From assembly GCA_011523395.1 (NCBI GenBank), contig WTGW01000032.1:1-61880 (forward strand): 61,880 nucleotides of DNA, written 5' to 3'. Of the stretch, positions 1 through 9,377 are shown piece by piece; position 1 is the stretch's first letter, and each line of letters starts with the position of its first letter. The notes under the pieces are model-generated. The model was not told the DNA's origin, did not search any database, and saw nothing but the letters and a program-made list of their open reading frames with translations. A program made the position numbers and the translations under genes. The DNA is from Acidimicrobiia bacterium. GTDB lineage: Bacteria; Actinomycetota; Acidimicrobiia; Spongiisociales; Spongiisociaceae.

Positions 1-2
1 CC

Positions 3-599
3 ATGGCCGACGGCTCGTCCGCCACCGCTCTCGAACTCCAGTTCCGCTACCTCGAATGGCTGTCGAAGTACGCCGCCTCCAACCATCCGGAGCCGGTGTG
101 GGCGGATGTCATCACCGAGTGGAGTTCCATACTCAACGACCTGGAACAGGACGCGATGCTCACGTCGGACCGGATCGACTGGACTGCCAAGCTACGGATG
201 CTGAGCGCATTTCGCCGGCGGGACGAGCTGGAATGGCACGATCCCAAGCTGGCCATGGCCGCGCTCCAGTACCACGACACCGACCCCCGCAAGGGCTTGG
301 CATACCGGCTCGAGGAGCGTGGGCTGCTCCGGAGAATCTTCGATGAGGCCGAACTAAGGCGGGCCACCGTGGAACCGCCCCGCGAAACCCGCGCCTACTT
401 CCGCGGACGCTGTGTCAAGAAGTACCCTGACTCGCTCGTGGCCGCCAACTGGGATTCGCTGGTATTCGACGTGGGTGAGGACTCCCTCAAGCGGGTGCCT
501 ATGATGGAACCCTTGCGGGGTAACGAGTCACTGGTTGGCGACCTGCTCGATGCCTCTCCGGACGCGGCCACGCTCCTGGACGCTCTTGGAGGGTGCTGA
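3..599 (+). CDS. dop: Pup deamidase/depupylase Dop, C-terminal fragment (5' end lies outside the window)
   Basis: ORF is open to the window edge. The sequence is PafA/Dop-family C-terminal. It lies directly upstream of pup-prcB-prcA, the canonical dop position, and a separate pafA lies downstream. Confidence 0.8.
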   Translation: MADGSSATALELQFRYLEWLSKYAASNHPEPVWADVITEWSSILNDLEQDAMLTSDRIDWTAKLRMLSAFRRRDELEWHDPKLAMAALQYHDTDPRKGLAYRLEERGLLRRIFDEAELRRATVEPPRETRAYFRGRCVKKYPDSLVAANWDSLVFDVGEDSLKRVPMMEPLRGNESLVGDLLDASPDAATLLDALGGC

Positions 600-653
600 G
601 AAGATGTGGATGGGCAGGCCCCGCTATCACAGGCCTGAGATCATGCCATCGAC

Positions 654-708
654 CGACGGGAAGCCGGTGGCCGCCAGAGCACGCCTGGTTGTTTCGCAGA
701 TAGACCAC
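654..708 (+). repeat. Partial (right-end, 55 bp) copy of the TIR-bounded 165-bp element, abutting the full copy
   Basis: cgacgggaagccggtggccgccagagcacgcctggttgtttcgcagatagaccac matches the last ~55 nt of the copy at 710-874 with two or three mismatches. Confidence 0.85.
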
Positions 709-709
709 T

Positions 710-874
710 GTGGTCTGTCTGTGGAATGGCGGTGTGGTATGGCGTCGGCAGCGGTGTTCCTCGCAAGGCCCGCTGACGAAGGCGTGCCCGAGTGGTACGT
801 TGAGGAAGCGGAACGCAGCGACGGGACGCCGGTGGCCGCCAGAGCACGCCTGGTTGTTTCGCAGACAGACCACT
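710..874 (+). mobile_element. MITE-like non-autonomous element, copy 1 (165 bp, terminal inverted repeats GTGGTCTGTCTG / CAGACAGACCAC)
   Basis: Perfect 12-nt terminal inverted repeat. A second full copy in the same orientation is at 56207-56373. Translations through it in both strands look like noise. Confidence 0.8.
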
Positions 875-887
875 AGGAGGAGAAGAG

Positions 888-1076
888 ATGGCACAGGAAC
901 AAGAGCGGATCCGGCGCCGTCGCGGTGAGGATTCCGAGCCGGTTACCGCGTCCCCGCCCGTCGCCGGGCAGGGCGGGGTACACAAGATCGACGAGCTCCT
1001 GGACGAGATAGATTCGGTACTCGAGGAGAACGCCGAGGAGTTCGTCAAGAACTACGTTCAGAAGGGCGGCGAGTGA
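888..1076 (+). CDS. pup: Prokaryotic ubiquitin-like protein Pup (C-terminal GGE)
   Basis: 62-aa ORF ending ...YVQKGGE. Shine-Dalgarno aggagg at 875-880. GTGA overlap with prcB. Located between dop and prcB. Confidence 0.95.
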   Translation: MAQEQERIRRRRGEDSEPVTASPPVAGQGGVHKIDELLDEIDSVLEENAEEFVKNYVQKGGE

Positions 1077-1864
1077 CGGGCAGCCTGCTTCCCTTGGGGG
1101 CGCCCCTGCCGGGCGCCAGCTTCACCGAGCTGATCAGGTCGCTCGACCTGGCTCCCGAATGGTCTCTGGGTCCGGACGCCCCGCCTTCGGGCTTCCACCC
1201 GCCTGACGCCACCACGGTACTGGCCCTCCGCTACGACGGCGGAGTGGTGATGGTGGGAGACCGCCAGGCGACCGCCGGCTACGACATCGCTCATCGTCAC
1301 ATCCAGAAGGTCTTCCCGGCGGACTCCTACTCGGCCGTGGCCATCTCGGGGACGGCTGGGCTCGGAGTCGAGCTGATCCGCCTCTTCCAGACCGAGTTGG
1401 AACACTACGAGAAGCTCGAGGGCGTGCGCCTCAGCCTGGAGGGCAAGGCCACCTACCTGGCCCGCATGGTTCGTTCCCAGCTACCCATGGCCCTGCAGGG
1501 GTTCGTGGTGGTGCCGCTGTTCTGCGGGATCGAGCCTGAGAGCGGGACCGGGCACGTGTTCACCTTCGATGCGATCGGAGGGCGCTACGAGGAGAGGGAC
1601 TTCGGCGCCGCCGGGTCGGGGAGCCGGGAGGCGCGGGCATACCTGAGGACGGTGTACAACCCCGGATCCGACCATTCCGAAGCCATCGACCACAGCATCG
1701 CCGCCCTGGTGGCGGCGGCCGGCCAGGACCTGGCAACCGGAGGTCCCGACCTGCGCCGCGGGATCTACCCCAACGTGGTCACGGTCACCACCGACGGCGT
1801 GCAGGAAGTCGATCGGACCGAAGTGGCTGAGGCGGCAGAACGGGCTTTGGAGGTGGTCCGGTGA
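1073..1864 (+). CDS. prcB: 20S proteasome beta subunit
   Basis: 263 aa. A propeptide is followed by TTVLALRYDGGVVMVGDRQAT (N-terminal Thr active site after processing). Translationally coupled to pup and prcA. Confidence 0.95.
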   Translation: MTGSLLPLGAPLPGASFTELIRSLDLAPEWSLGPDAPPSGFHPPDATTVLALRYDGGVVMVGDRQATAGYDIAHRHIQKVFPADSYSAVAISGTAGLGVELIRLFQTELEHYEKLEGVRLSLEGKATYLARMVRSQLPMALQGFVVVPLFCGIEPESGTGHVFTFDAIGGRYEERDFGAAGSGSREARAYLRTVYNPGSDHSEAIDHSIAALVAAAGQDLATGGPDLRRGIYPNVVTVTTDGVQEVDRTEVAEAAERALEVVR

Positions 1865-2538
1865 CCCTTCCGTTCTACGTAGCTCCCGAACAGCTGGTCA
1901 AGGACCGCGCCGAGTACGCCCGCAAGGGCATCGCCCGGGGCCGGTCGATCGCCGCGCTCCAGGTCCGGGAGGGGGTCCTGCTGCTGGCGGAGAACCCCAG
2001 CCGCACCCTCACCAAGACCTCGGAGATCTACGACCGGATCGCCTTCGCCGGGGTCGGCAAGTACAACGAGTTCGAATCGTTGCGGGTGGCGGGAATCCGC
2101 TACGCCGACATCAAGGGATACCAGTACGGGCGCCGCGACGTCACCGCCAAGAGCCTCGCGTCCGCCTTCTCGCAGACGTTGGGAAACATATTCGTCCAGG
2201 GACCCAAGCCCTTCGAGGTGGAGGTGCTCGTGGCGGAAGTCGGCCGGACCGTGGCCGAGGACCGCCTGTTCAAGGTGACCTATGACGGCACCCTGTACGA
2301 CAAACGCGGCTACACGGCCATCGGTGGGCAGGCCGACGAGCTGTCCGACCGGCTGGGGGAGGACTACGAAGACACCCTCGGCCTGGCCGAGGCCCTGACC
2401 GTCACCGCCAACGCGTTCCGGGAGGTCGAGGGCCGCGCCATCGACGGCTGGGAGGGCGCCCTTCTCGCGCGCGACGGCCCGCCGCGCCGGTTCCGCCGCC
2501 TGACCAAGGAAGAACTCGGCGAGATAGCGAACTCCTGA
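1861..2538 (+). CDS. prcA: 20S proteasome alpha subunit
   Basis: 225 aa beginning MTLPFYVAPEQLVKDRAEYARKGIARG. GTGA overlap with the prcB stop. Confidence 0.95.
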   Translation: MTLPFYVAPEQLVKDRAEYARKGIARGRSIAALQVREGVLLLAENPSRTLTKTSEIYDRIAFAGVGKYNEFESLRVAGIRYADIKGYQYGRRDVTAKSLASAFSQTLGNIFVQGPKPFEVEVLVAEVGRTVAEDRLFKVTYDGTLYDKRGYTAIGGQADELSDRLGEDYEDTLGLAEALTVTANAFREVEGRAIDGWEGALLARDGPPRRFRRLTKEELGEIANS

Positions 2539-2575
2539 GGCGCTCCCGCTCCGGCGACCCCTACCCTATTGACTC

Positions 2576-3931
2576 ATGGAACGGCGCATCTTCGGTCTCG
2601 AGAACGAGTTCGGTATCACGTGCACGCTTCGAGGCCAGCGCCGCCTCAGTCCGGACGAGGTGGCCCGCATCCTCTTCCGGGGGGTCGTGACATGGGGCCG
2701 GTCGTCCAACGTGTTCCTGGAGAACGGAGCGCGGCTCTACCTGGACGTGGGTAGCCATCCGGAGTACGCCACACCGGAGTGCGACGACCTCCTCGACCTC
2801 GTGGCCCACGACAAGGCCGGGGAGCGGGTCCTGGAGGATCTCCAGCGTTCCGCCGAGCAGCGCCTCCGGAACGACGGCATCCGCGGGAACATCTTCCTCT
2901 ACAAGAACAACACCGACTCGGCCGGTAACTCCTACGGGTGCCACGAGAACTACCTGGTACTCCGCAAGGCGGACTTCCAGAAGATGCTGGACATCCTCAT
3001 ACCGTTCCTGGTCAGCCGCCAGATCTTCTCGGGGGCTGGGAAGCTCCTCCAGACCGCCAAGGGGCCTACCTTCTCGATCTCGCAACGCGCCGACCACATC
3101 TGGGAAGGGGTGTCCTCGGCCACCACGCGTTCACGCCCCATCATCAACACGCGTGACGAGCCCCATGCCGATGCCGAGCGGTTCCGGCGCCTCCACGTGA
3201 TCGCCGGCGACTCCAACATGAACGAGTACGCCACCTACGTCAAGGTGGGCGCCACCGTCGCGCTGCTCGAGATGATCGAAGCCGACGTGATGTTCAGAGA
3301 CCTCACCCTTGCCAACCCCATCCGCGCCATCCGGGAGATCAGCCAGGACCCGACCTGCCGGCAACCGGTACGCCTTGCCAACGGTCGGATGCTGTCGGCC
3401 CTCGACATCCAGTGGGAGTACCTGGACCGCATCATCCGGTACGCCCGGAACCCCGGATTCCCCGCCTCGGTGCAGCGAGCCGTCGAGATGTGGGAGCACC
3501 TCCTCACCGGCCTCGAGAAGGATCCCTTCTCGCTGGAACGCCAGGTCGATTGGGTCACGAAGTACCACCTCATCGAGCGGTACCGGGCCAAACACGGCCT
3601 GACCCTCTCCGACGCCCGGGTCCAGTTGCTGGACCTCAGCTACCACGATGTGACGGAGGAGCGCAGCCTCTACTACCTGCTGGCCCGGCGCGGTGTCGTG
3701 GAGCGCCTGGTAACCGACGCCGCCATCGCCATCGCCAAGGAAAAGCCTCCCCAGACCACCCGCGCCCGGCTCCGCGGTCAGTTCATCGCGGCCGCCAAGG
3801 CCCGCAACCGCGACTACACGGTGGACTGGGTCCACCTGAAGCTGAACGACCAGGCCCAGCGAACCGTGCTCTGCAAGGATCCCTTCAAGGCCTTCGACGA
3901 GCGGGTGGAACGCCTGATCGCCGGCCTGTGA
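2576..3931 (+). CDS. pafA: Pup-protein ligase PafA
   Basis: 451 aa starting [14 protein letters not shown] (carboxylate-amine ligase fold of the PafA/Dop family). Lies downstream of prcBA and upstream of pafBC. Confidence 0.93.
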   Translation: MERRIFGLENEFGITCTLRGQRRLSPDEVARILFRGVVTWGRSSNVFLENGARLYLDVGSHPEYATPECDDLLDLVAHDKAGERVLEDLQRSAEQRLRNDGIRGNIFLYKNNTDSAGNSYGCHENYLVLRKADFQKMLDILIPFLVSRQIFSGAGKLLQTAKGPTFSISQRADHIWEGVSSATTRSRPIINTRDEPHADAERFRRLHVIAGDSNMNEYATYVKVGATVALLEMIEADVMFRDLTLANPIRAIREISQDPTCRQPVRLANGRMLSALDIQWEYLDRIIRYARNPGFPASVQRAVEMWEHLLTGLEKDPFSLERQVDWVTKYHLIERYRAKHGLTLSDARVQLLDLSYHDVTEERSLYYLLARRGVVERLVTDAAIAIAKEKPPQTTRARLRGQFIAAAKARNRDYTVDWVHLKLNDQAQRTVLCKDPFKAFDERVERLIAGL

Positions 3932-3958
3932 GGTCCGCGGAGGACGGACCCCGGCATC

Positions 3959-4110
3959 CCTAGATCAGTGGTCAGTGGTCAGTGGCATGGTGTAACACGG
4001 AACGATACGTACCACCCCAAACAGGCTGGAGGGACAGCGGACACTCGATGCCTCCCGAGTTTCCACTGGCCACTGCCCACTGGAAACCGACCACTGGCAC
4101 TAGCCACCGG
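3959..4110 (+). repeat. Heptamer-armed hairpin element, copy 1 (pafA-pafB spacer)
   Basis: Layout: cctagat, then (CAGTGGT)x3, then ATGGTGTAAC core, then CCACTGG CCACTGC CCACTGG ... CCACTGG CACTAG CCACCGG. Same architecture as 12550-12700 and 20777-20986 (reverse). Confidence 0.85.
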
Positions 4111-4138
4111 CTGTCGAGATCGGTACATTTGGCAGACC

Positions 4139-5062
4139 ATGAGCACCGTAGTCGAGCGCCTGATCAACCTGCTTGCATATCTGGTCGACTCCACGCGTCC
4201 CGTCACCGCCGACCAGATCCGGAACACGGTGGCCGGGTACGAGAACCTCTCCGACCAGGCCTTTCACCGCAAGTTCGAGCGCGACAAGGCCAGCCTCCGC
4301 GAGCTGGGGATCGAGCTCGAGCAGGAAGCCACCGACGCCTGGGAGGTCGAGTGGGGTTACGTGGTCCCCGAGAGCAACTACCGGACCATCGAGCCGGGGC
4401 TCACCGACGAGGAACGGACCGCTCTGGTCCTCGCGGTCCACATGGTGCGTTCCGGCGGCTGGCCGTCGGGCGCCAACGGCCTGCTCAAGCTGGGAGGGGC
4501 GCGGCTGGCCGACACGGACACGCCGGTGGGCGCCGACCTGGGCCTGGGCAGCGAGCACCTGGGGCTGATCTTCCAGGCGGTGCTGGAGCGCCGCCTCATC
4601 CGGTTCCTCTATCGCGGCCGGTCGCGCAGCCTGTGCGCCTACGGCATGCACCATCGGCGGGGCCACTGGTACTTCGCGGGTGTCGAGCCGGAACAGGCCG
4701 GCACCATTCGGACCTACCGGCTCGATCGGGCGGACCGGCTCGAGTTGGTGGGAGAACCGGACGCGTTCCCGCGGCCCGAGGGCTACAGCGCCCGGGACAT
4801 CCTGTCCGCGCTGCCTTGGGAGCGACAGGCGCCGAAACGTGCCCTGATCGAGTGCGATGCCGGCATCGCCTGGTGGGTCGAGAACCGGTTCCCCGATGCC
4901 AGGACCGTGGGGCAGAGCGATACGGGTGGAACGATCCTGGAAGTCCCCTACACGAGCGACTCGCTGCTCGACATGGTCATACACCTCGATGACGGGGCGG
5001 TGATCCTCGACCCTCCGGAGCTTCGCGCCGAGATGGTCCGGCGGCTGGAGGCCGGCCGGTGA
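4139..5062 (+). CDS. pafB: PafB, HTH/WYL-domain transcriptional regulator
   Basis: Start moved to ATG 4139 (MSTVVERLINLLAYLV...) because the upstream part of the ORF runs through the repeat element. HTH N-terminus, WYL-type middle region, GTGA coupling to pafC. Confidence 0.85.
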   Translation: MSTVVERLINLLAYLVDSTRPVTADQIRNTVAGYENLSDQAFHRKFERDKASLRELGIELEQEATDAWEVEWGYVVPESNYRTIEPGLTDEERTALVLAVHMVRSGGWPSGANGLLKLGGARLADTDTPVGADLGLGSEHLGLIFQAVLERRLIRFLYRGRSRSLCAYGMHHRRGHWYFAGVEPEQAGTIRTYRLDRADRLELVGEPDAFPRPEGYSARDILSALPWERQAPKRALIECDAGIAWWVENRFPDARTVGQSDTGGTILEVPYTSDSLLDMVIHLDDGAVILDPPELRAEMVRRLEAGR

Positions 5063-6006
5063 CGGCCTCCCGGACCCAGCAGAGGCTGGCGCGGATCCTG
5101 GCCCTGGTTCCGTGGGCGCTGGCCAATCCGTATCCGACCGTCACCGAGGTCATGGAGCGGTTCGGATACGAGAGCCGTCGGCAACTCGCCGACGATCTCA
5201 ACCTGCTCTTCTGTTGCGGGCTACCGGGCTACGGCCCCGGTGACCTGATGGTGGCGTACATGGACGGGGACGAGGTGGTTCTCGACATGGCCGACTACTT
5301 CTCCCGGCCCCTCCGGCTCACACCCCATGAGGCCTTGGGCCTGCTGAGCGCCGGGCTGGCGGTGGCGGGCACCTCCCAGGGAAACGAGGCGCTGGCGAGG
5401 GCGGTGGAGAAGCTGACCGGCGCCCTCTTCCCGGAGGCCGCCACCGTCATCGCGGCCGAGTTGCCTCCCGAACCCGCCCATCTCGGCACCTTGCGCCGGG
5501 CCGCCCGTGACGGAACCGTGCTGACCATCACCTACCTTTCGCTGAGCACCAACCGGACCACGGTTCGGGCCATCGAACCGCTGATGGTCCATGCCTCGAT
5601 GGGAAGCTGGTACCTCCTGGCGCACTGCCGTCTGGCCGGTGACCGCCGCCTGTTCCGCGTGGACAGGATCCGGTCGGTGAACGCGTCGGGGGACGTCTTC
5701 GAACCGCCTGCCCGCCCGCTTGCTCCCACGAACGTCGACTACACCCCGTCCGCTGACGCGATCTACGCCCGGCTTGCCCTGGGGCCCGGCGCCAGGTGGG
5801 TGGCCGAGTACTACCCGGTCGAGGTCCTGGAGGACACGGGCGAGGAGATGGTCATCCGCTTCGCAATGTCCGACGCGCGGGTGGGAGCCCGCCTGCTGCT
5901 CCGGCTGGGAGACCAGGCTCGCTTGATCGAGGGCCGCGAAGTCCGGGAGGAGACCGAACGCCTGCGCGAGGCGATCCTGGCCCGATACGAGGTCTCCCGA
6001 GCCTGA
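5059..6006 (+). CDS. pafC: PafC, HTH/WYL-domain transcriptional regulator
   Basis: 315 aa paralog of pafB immediately downstream. Contains the WYLLAHCRLAGDRRLFRVDRI WYL-domain signature. Confidence 0.85.
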   Translation: MTASRTQQRLARILALVPWALANPYPTVTEVMERFGYESRRQLADDLNLLFCCGLPGYGPGDLMVAYMDGDEVVLDMADYFSRPLRLTPHEALGLLSAGLAVAGTSQGNEALARAVEKLTGALFPEAATVIAAELPPEPAHLGTLRRAARDGTVLTITYLSLSTNRTTVRAIEPLMVHASMGSWYLLAHCRLAGDRRLFRVDRIRSVNASGDVFEPPARPLAPTNVDYTPSADAIYARLALGPGARWVAEYYPVEVLEDTGEEMVIRFAMSDARVGARLLLRLGDQARLIEGREVREETERLREAILARYEVSRA

Positions 6007-6028
6007 GCCACGGTGGGGCGGGCGAGGC

Positions 6029-6628
6029 GTGCGCCGGTACCATGGGATCGTGTTCGACACGTTCAGCGGTCTCGAGATACTCACCATCGCCGTGGTGGCC
6101 CTGGTGGTCTTCGGACCGAACCGCCTGCCCGAGATAGCCCGCACCATCGGCAAGTACGTCCGCGAGCTCCGGGAGGCGGTGAGAGACCTTCGCGAGGGAA
6201 TCGAGCGGGAGGTCGCTCCGATGCGCGAGCCGATCAAGGACCTCCGCCAAGAACTCACCGAGGGGGCCAGCGACGTGAAGCGTACCCTGGCCGAGACCGC
6301 CGACGCAGCCGCCTCGGTGGAACGGGACATCCGGCGATCTGTGAAGGACGCCGGCCGACCCGCCCCGGACGATGCTACTTCCGTCCCCGAGGTGCCGGAG
6401 GCGCGATGGGTGGCCCCTGAACCCCAGGTAGGCGTGTCGCCGAGCGAAGTGTGGGAGGGCTTGGACGATCCGATGCCCGAGAATGTGGTGGCGCCAGAGG
6501 CGTCCGGCCCTCCTCCGGAGAACGGGCAGGATGTGTCGGCTGCGAACCCTCCGGCAGCGGAGGGCGACCAGGTCGCGGATACGCCGGCCGACCATGACGG
6601 GGACGAACCACCGGACAAGGGCGAATGA
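6029..6628 (+). CDS. tatA: Twin-arginine translocase TatA/TatB-family subunit with a long acidic tail
   Basis: N-terminus ...FSGLEILTIAVVALVVFGPNRLPEIARTIGKYVRELR (TM helix plus amphipathic helix). A GTG at 6050 is an alternative start. ATGA overlap with tatC. Confidence 0.8.
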   Translation: MRRYHGIVFDTFSGLEILTIAVVALVVFGPNRLPEIARTIGKYVRELREAVRDLREGIEREVAPMREPIKDLRQELTEGASDVKRTLAETADAAASVERDIRRSVKDAGRPAPDDATSVPEVPEARWVAPEPQVGVSPSEVWEGLDDPMPENVVAPEASGPPPENGQDVSAANPPAAEGDQVADTPADHDGDEPPDKGE

Positions 6629-7344
6629 CGGAAGGAGCCGATCCGTCCGGCCAGCCGTTGATGGGGCACCTGACGGAGCTCCGGTCACGCCTCGTCAAGA
6701 CCTTCATAGCGGTCGGAATCGGCACCGTGGTTGCCTTCTTCTTCCGCAACCAGATGCTCTACCTCCTGCAGAACTCCTACAGCGAGGTAGCGGGCCGGGA
6801 TCTGGTGGTGACCGGCCCCACCGACCAGTTCTCGATCGCCATGCGCATGGCGCTCTTCGGCGGTACGGTCCTGGCCAGCCCCGTGATCGCCTACCAGGCG
6901 TGGTGCTTCATCAACCCGGGCCTCACCCAGAGGGAACGCAAGTGGGCCTTCCCGGTGGTGGCGGCGCTGGTCACCCTGTTCTGCCTCGGCGTCGGATTCG
7001 CCTACTGGAGCCTTCCCCGGGCGGTCGCGTTCCTCGTGTCGATCTTCGAGGACCTGGAGAATCTCTGGACGGTCGAGCTCTACACCCGCTTCGTGATCCG
7101 CTTCCTGCTGCTGTTCGGCATCTCGTTCCAGTTCCCGGTGTTCCTGTACGGCGCCGCTGCGGCCGGCGTGGTGACCTCCGACAAGTTGGCTGCCGGTCGA
7201 CGCTGGGCGGTACTCATCATCGTGGTGGTGGGGGCCGCGGTCAGCCCCACCGGCGATCCGGTCACCCTCCTGCTGCTCTCGACCCCGCTCTACCTGTTCT
7301 ACGAGGCCACCATCTGGTTGATCCGCCTGACCCTGAAGAAATGA
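6625..7344 (+). CDS. tatC: Twin-arginine translocase subunit TatC
   Basis: 239 aa polytopic membrane protein starting ...MGHLTELRSRLVKTFIAVGIG. Follows tatA. Confidence 0.92.
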   Translation: MTEGADPSGQPLMGHLTELRSRLVKTFIAVGIGTVVAFFFRNQMLYLLQNSYSEVAGRDLVVTGPTDQFSIAMRMALFGGTVLASPVIAYQAWCFINPGLTQRERKWAFPVVAALVTLFCLGVGFAYWSLPRAVAFLVSIFEDLENLWTVELYTRFVIRFLLLFGISFQFPVFLYGAAAAGVVTSDKLAAGRRWAVLIIVVVGAAVSPTGDPVTLLLLSTPLYLFYEATIWLIRLTLKK

Positions 7345-9377
7345 GGGTTCGCACCTTCTTCGAGTCCCTTCCTTTCACGGCGGACCCCTATCAGGTGCTG
7401 GCCGCCGAGATGGTGGAGATGGGTCGGTCGGTGGTGGTGACGGCCCCCACCGGCGCCGGTAAGACCCTAATCGCCGAAGCGGCCATCCATCTCAGCCTGG
7501 CCAACCGGCGCCGCGTGTTCTACACGACGCCTCTCAAGGCGCTGTCCAACCAGAAGTTCCGGGATTTCGGCGCCATCCACGGAAGCGACCGGGTCGGGCT
7601 GCTGACCGGCGACAACACCATCAACCGCGACGCACCCGTTGTGGTGATGACCACTGAGGTGCTGCGCAACATGATCTACTCCGGATCGGATCTGTCCCAG
7701 GTGGACACGGTGGTCCTCGACGAGGTTCACTACCTCCAAGACCGGTTCCGCGGCGCGGTATGGGAGGAGGTGATCATCCACGCTCCGCCCCACATCCGGT
7801 TGGTGTGCCTGTCGGCGACGGTCTCCAACGCGGCCGAGTTCACCGACTGGTTGCGCACCCGCCGGGGACCCACCGAGTTGGTGGTCGAGGAGCACCGGCC
7901 GGTACGCCTCGAACGGTGGTGGTCGGTCTGGGACCGCTTCGAGCGGGAGGTCCATCTCCTGCCGCTCTACATGGAGACGTCAGGTGGGATGAAGCCCAAC
8001 GCCGCCATTCCCCGCCTCCTGGCCCGGCGAGGTGGCCGCCGCCGCCGCTTCTCGACCCCCAGACGGACATCGGTGGTGGAGCATCTCGCCTTCCTCGACC
8101 TGCTCCCGGCCATCTACTTCCTGTTCTCGAGAGCCGGGTGTGACGACGCTGCCGACCGGACGGTCGCCGCCGGTATCCGGCTCACCGATGACGCCGAACG
8201 GGACGAGATCCGGCGCCGGGCCGAGAAGGGAACCGCCCACCTCGACTGGTCCGACCTGCGCACCCTGGGACACGACCGGTGGCTGGCGAGGCTCGAGCGG
8301 GGAGTGGCGGCCCATCATGCCGGCCTCGTGCCCGCCTTCAAGGAGGTGGTCGAGGAACTCTTCTGCGATGGGCTGATCAAGGTGGTGTTCGCCACCGAGA
8401 CCCTGGCCCTGGGCATCAACATGCCCGCCCGGACCGTCGTGCTCGACCGCCTGTCGAGGTTCACCGGCGAGACTCACGAGCTGCTGCTCCCCGGGGAGTT
8501 CACCCAGTTGACCGGCCGGGCCGGACGCCGGGGCATCGACACGGTGGGCCACGGCGTGGTGCTGCATTCGCCCTTCGTGCCGTTCGAGCGGATGGCGTCG
8601 ATCGCCCGGCTCGGCAGCCATCCGCTGCGGTCCAGCTTCCGCCCGACCTACAACATGCTGGTCAACCTGGTGGCCAACTACTCCCGCCGCCAGGCCGAGC
8701 GGCTCCTCGCAGCATCGTTCGCGGAGTTCCAGGACCGGCGGCTGAAGGGCCGGCCACGCGGGAACGGGCCCGGCCGCAGGTCGCCTCGCCGGAGCACCCT
8801 GCTGGAGAGGTTCGACCGGTCCCGGCGGCTCCTGGAGCAACGAGGGCACATCCGGGACTGGACGCTCGAACCCGGAGGGGAGACGCTCCGCGTGGTCTAC
8901 AACGACTCGGGCCTGCTGCTCGTGGAGGCGATACGCAGCGGGATTCTCGACGAGCTGGGCGCGCCGGAACTGGCGGCCCTGCTATCGGCCTTCGTGTACG
9001 AGCCGCGACGCGACGCCGAGGAGCCGGAAGGATTGCCCACGGAGCCACTCGAGGATGCTTGGAGCCGGTTGGTGGAGCTGGCGGAGGACCTCGCCGCTGC
9101 CGAGGAACGCCTTCGCCTGCCGGTGACCCGCTTCCCCCATCCCGGGTTCGCGTGGCTCGCCTACGCCTGGGCGCTCCGGATCGACCTCGAGGAGCTCCTC
9201 GACGAGGGCTCGCTGGCCGCCGGGGACTTCGTCCGTACCACCCGGTCTGTTCTGGACCTCCTGCGCCAGGTGGGCGACGCGGCGCGTGTTCTGGGTAAGG
9301 GCGAGCTCGAGCGGGCGGCAGGCCGGGCCCGCTCCGGCATCGACCGGGGAATCGTCACCGCCGGAGGCGTGATATGA
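7341..9377 (+). CDS. helY: Ski2-like DEAD/DEAH-box RNA helicase (HelY-like)
   Basis: Start taken at ATG 7341 (ATGA overlap with tatC). Walker A TAPTGAGKT, DEVH box, and SAT motif within CLSATVSN. Same position as helY after tatC in mycobacteria. Confidence 0.8.
   Translation: MRVRTFFESLPFTADPYQVLAAEMVEMGRSVVVTAPTGAGKTLIAEAAIHLSLANRRRVFYTTPLKALSNQKFRDFGAIHGSDRVGLLTGDNTINRDAPVVVMTTEVLRNMIYSGSDLSQVDTVVLDEVHYLQDRFRGAVWEEVIIHAPPHIRLVCLSATVSNAAEFTDWLRTRRGPTELVVEEHRPVRLERWWSVWDRFEREVHLLPLYMETSGGMKPNAAIPRLLARRGGRRRRFSTPRRTSVVEHLAFLDLLPAIYFLFSRAGCDDAADRTVAAGIRLTDDAERDEIRRRAEKGTAHLDWSDLRTLGHDRWLARLERGVAAHHAGLVPAFKEVVEELFCDGLIKVVFATETLALGINMPARTVVLDRLSRFTGETHELLLPGEFTQLTGRAGRRGIDTVGHGVVLHSPFVPFERMASIARLGSHPLRSSFRPTYNMLVNLVANYSRRQAERLLAASFAEFQDRRLKGRPRGNGPGRRSPRRSTLLERFDRSRRLLEQRGHIRDWTLEPGGETLRVVYNDSGLLLVEAIRSGILDELGAPELAALLSAFVYEPRRDAEEPEGLPTEPLEDAWSRLVELAEDLAAAEERLRLPVTRFPHPGFAWLAYAWALRIDLEELLDEGSLAAGDFVRTTRSVLDLLRQVGDAARVLGKGELERAAGRARSGIDRGIVTAGGVI

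Noticed and set aside
499-894. ORFs 499-894(-), 535-876(+), 641-1048(-) and 710-928(+) in the dop-pup spacer.
   Set aside because: They are read-throughs of the MITE-like repeat. The equivalent ORFs at the second copy (56054-56372) are not conserved in frame or length.
3932-3950. A hairpin ggtccg-cggagga-cggacc right after the pafA stop, considered as an intrinsic terminator.
   Set aside because: The stem is only 6 bp and no U-tract follows. It cannot be called a terminator from sequence alone, and it may instead be part of the flank of the adjacent repeat element.
3968-4138. An upstream extension of the pafB ORF (MVSGQWHGV...).
   Set aside because: It runs through the heptamer repeat element, and a heptamer periodicity cannot be coding. 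The HTH-containing PafB sequence starts at ATG 4139.
6483-7340. A 286-codon N-terminal extension of the helicase ORF overlapping tatA and tatC.
   Set aside because: The translation is Arg/Pro-rich noise. The helicase-like sequence starts at ATG 7341, which overlaps the tatC stop (ATGA coupling).
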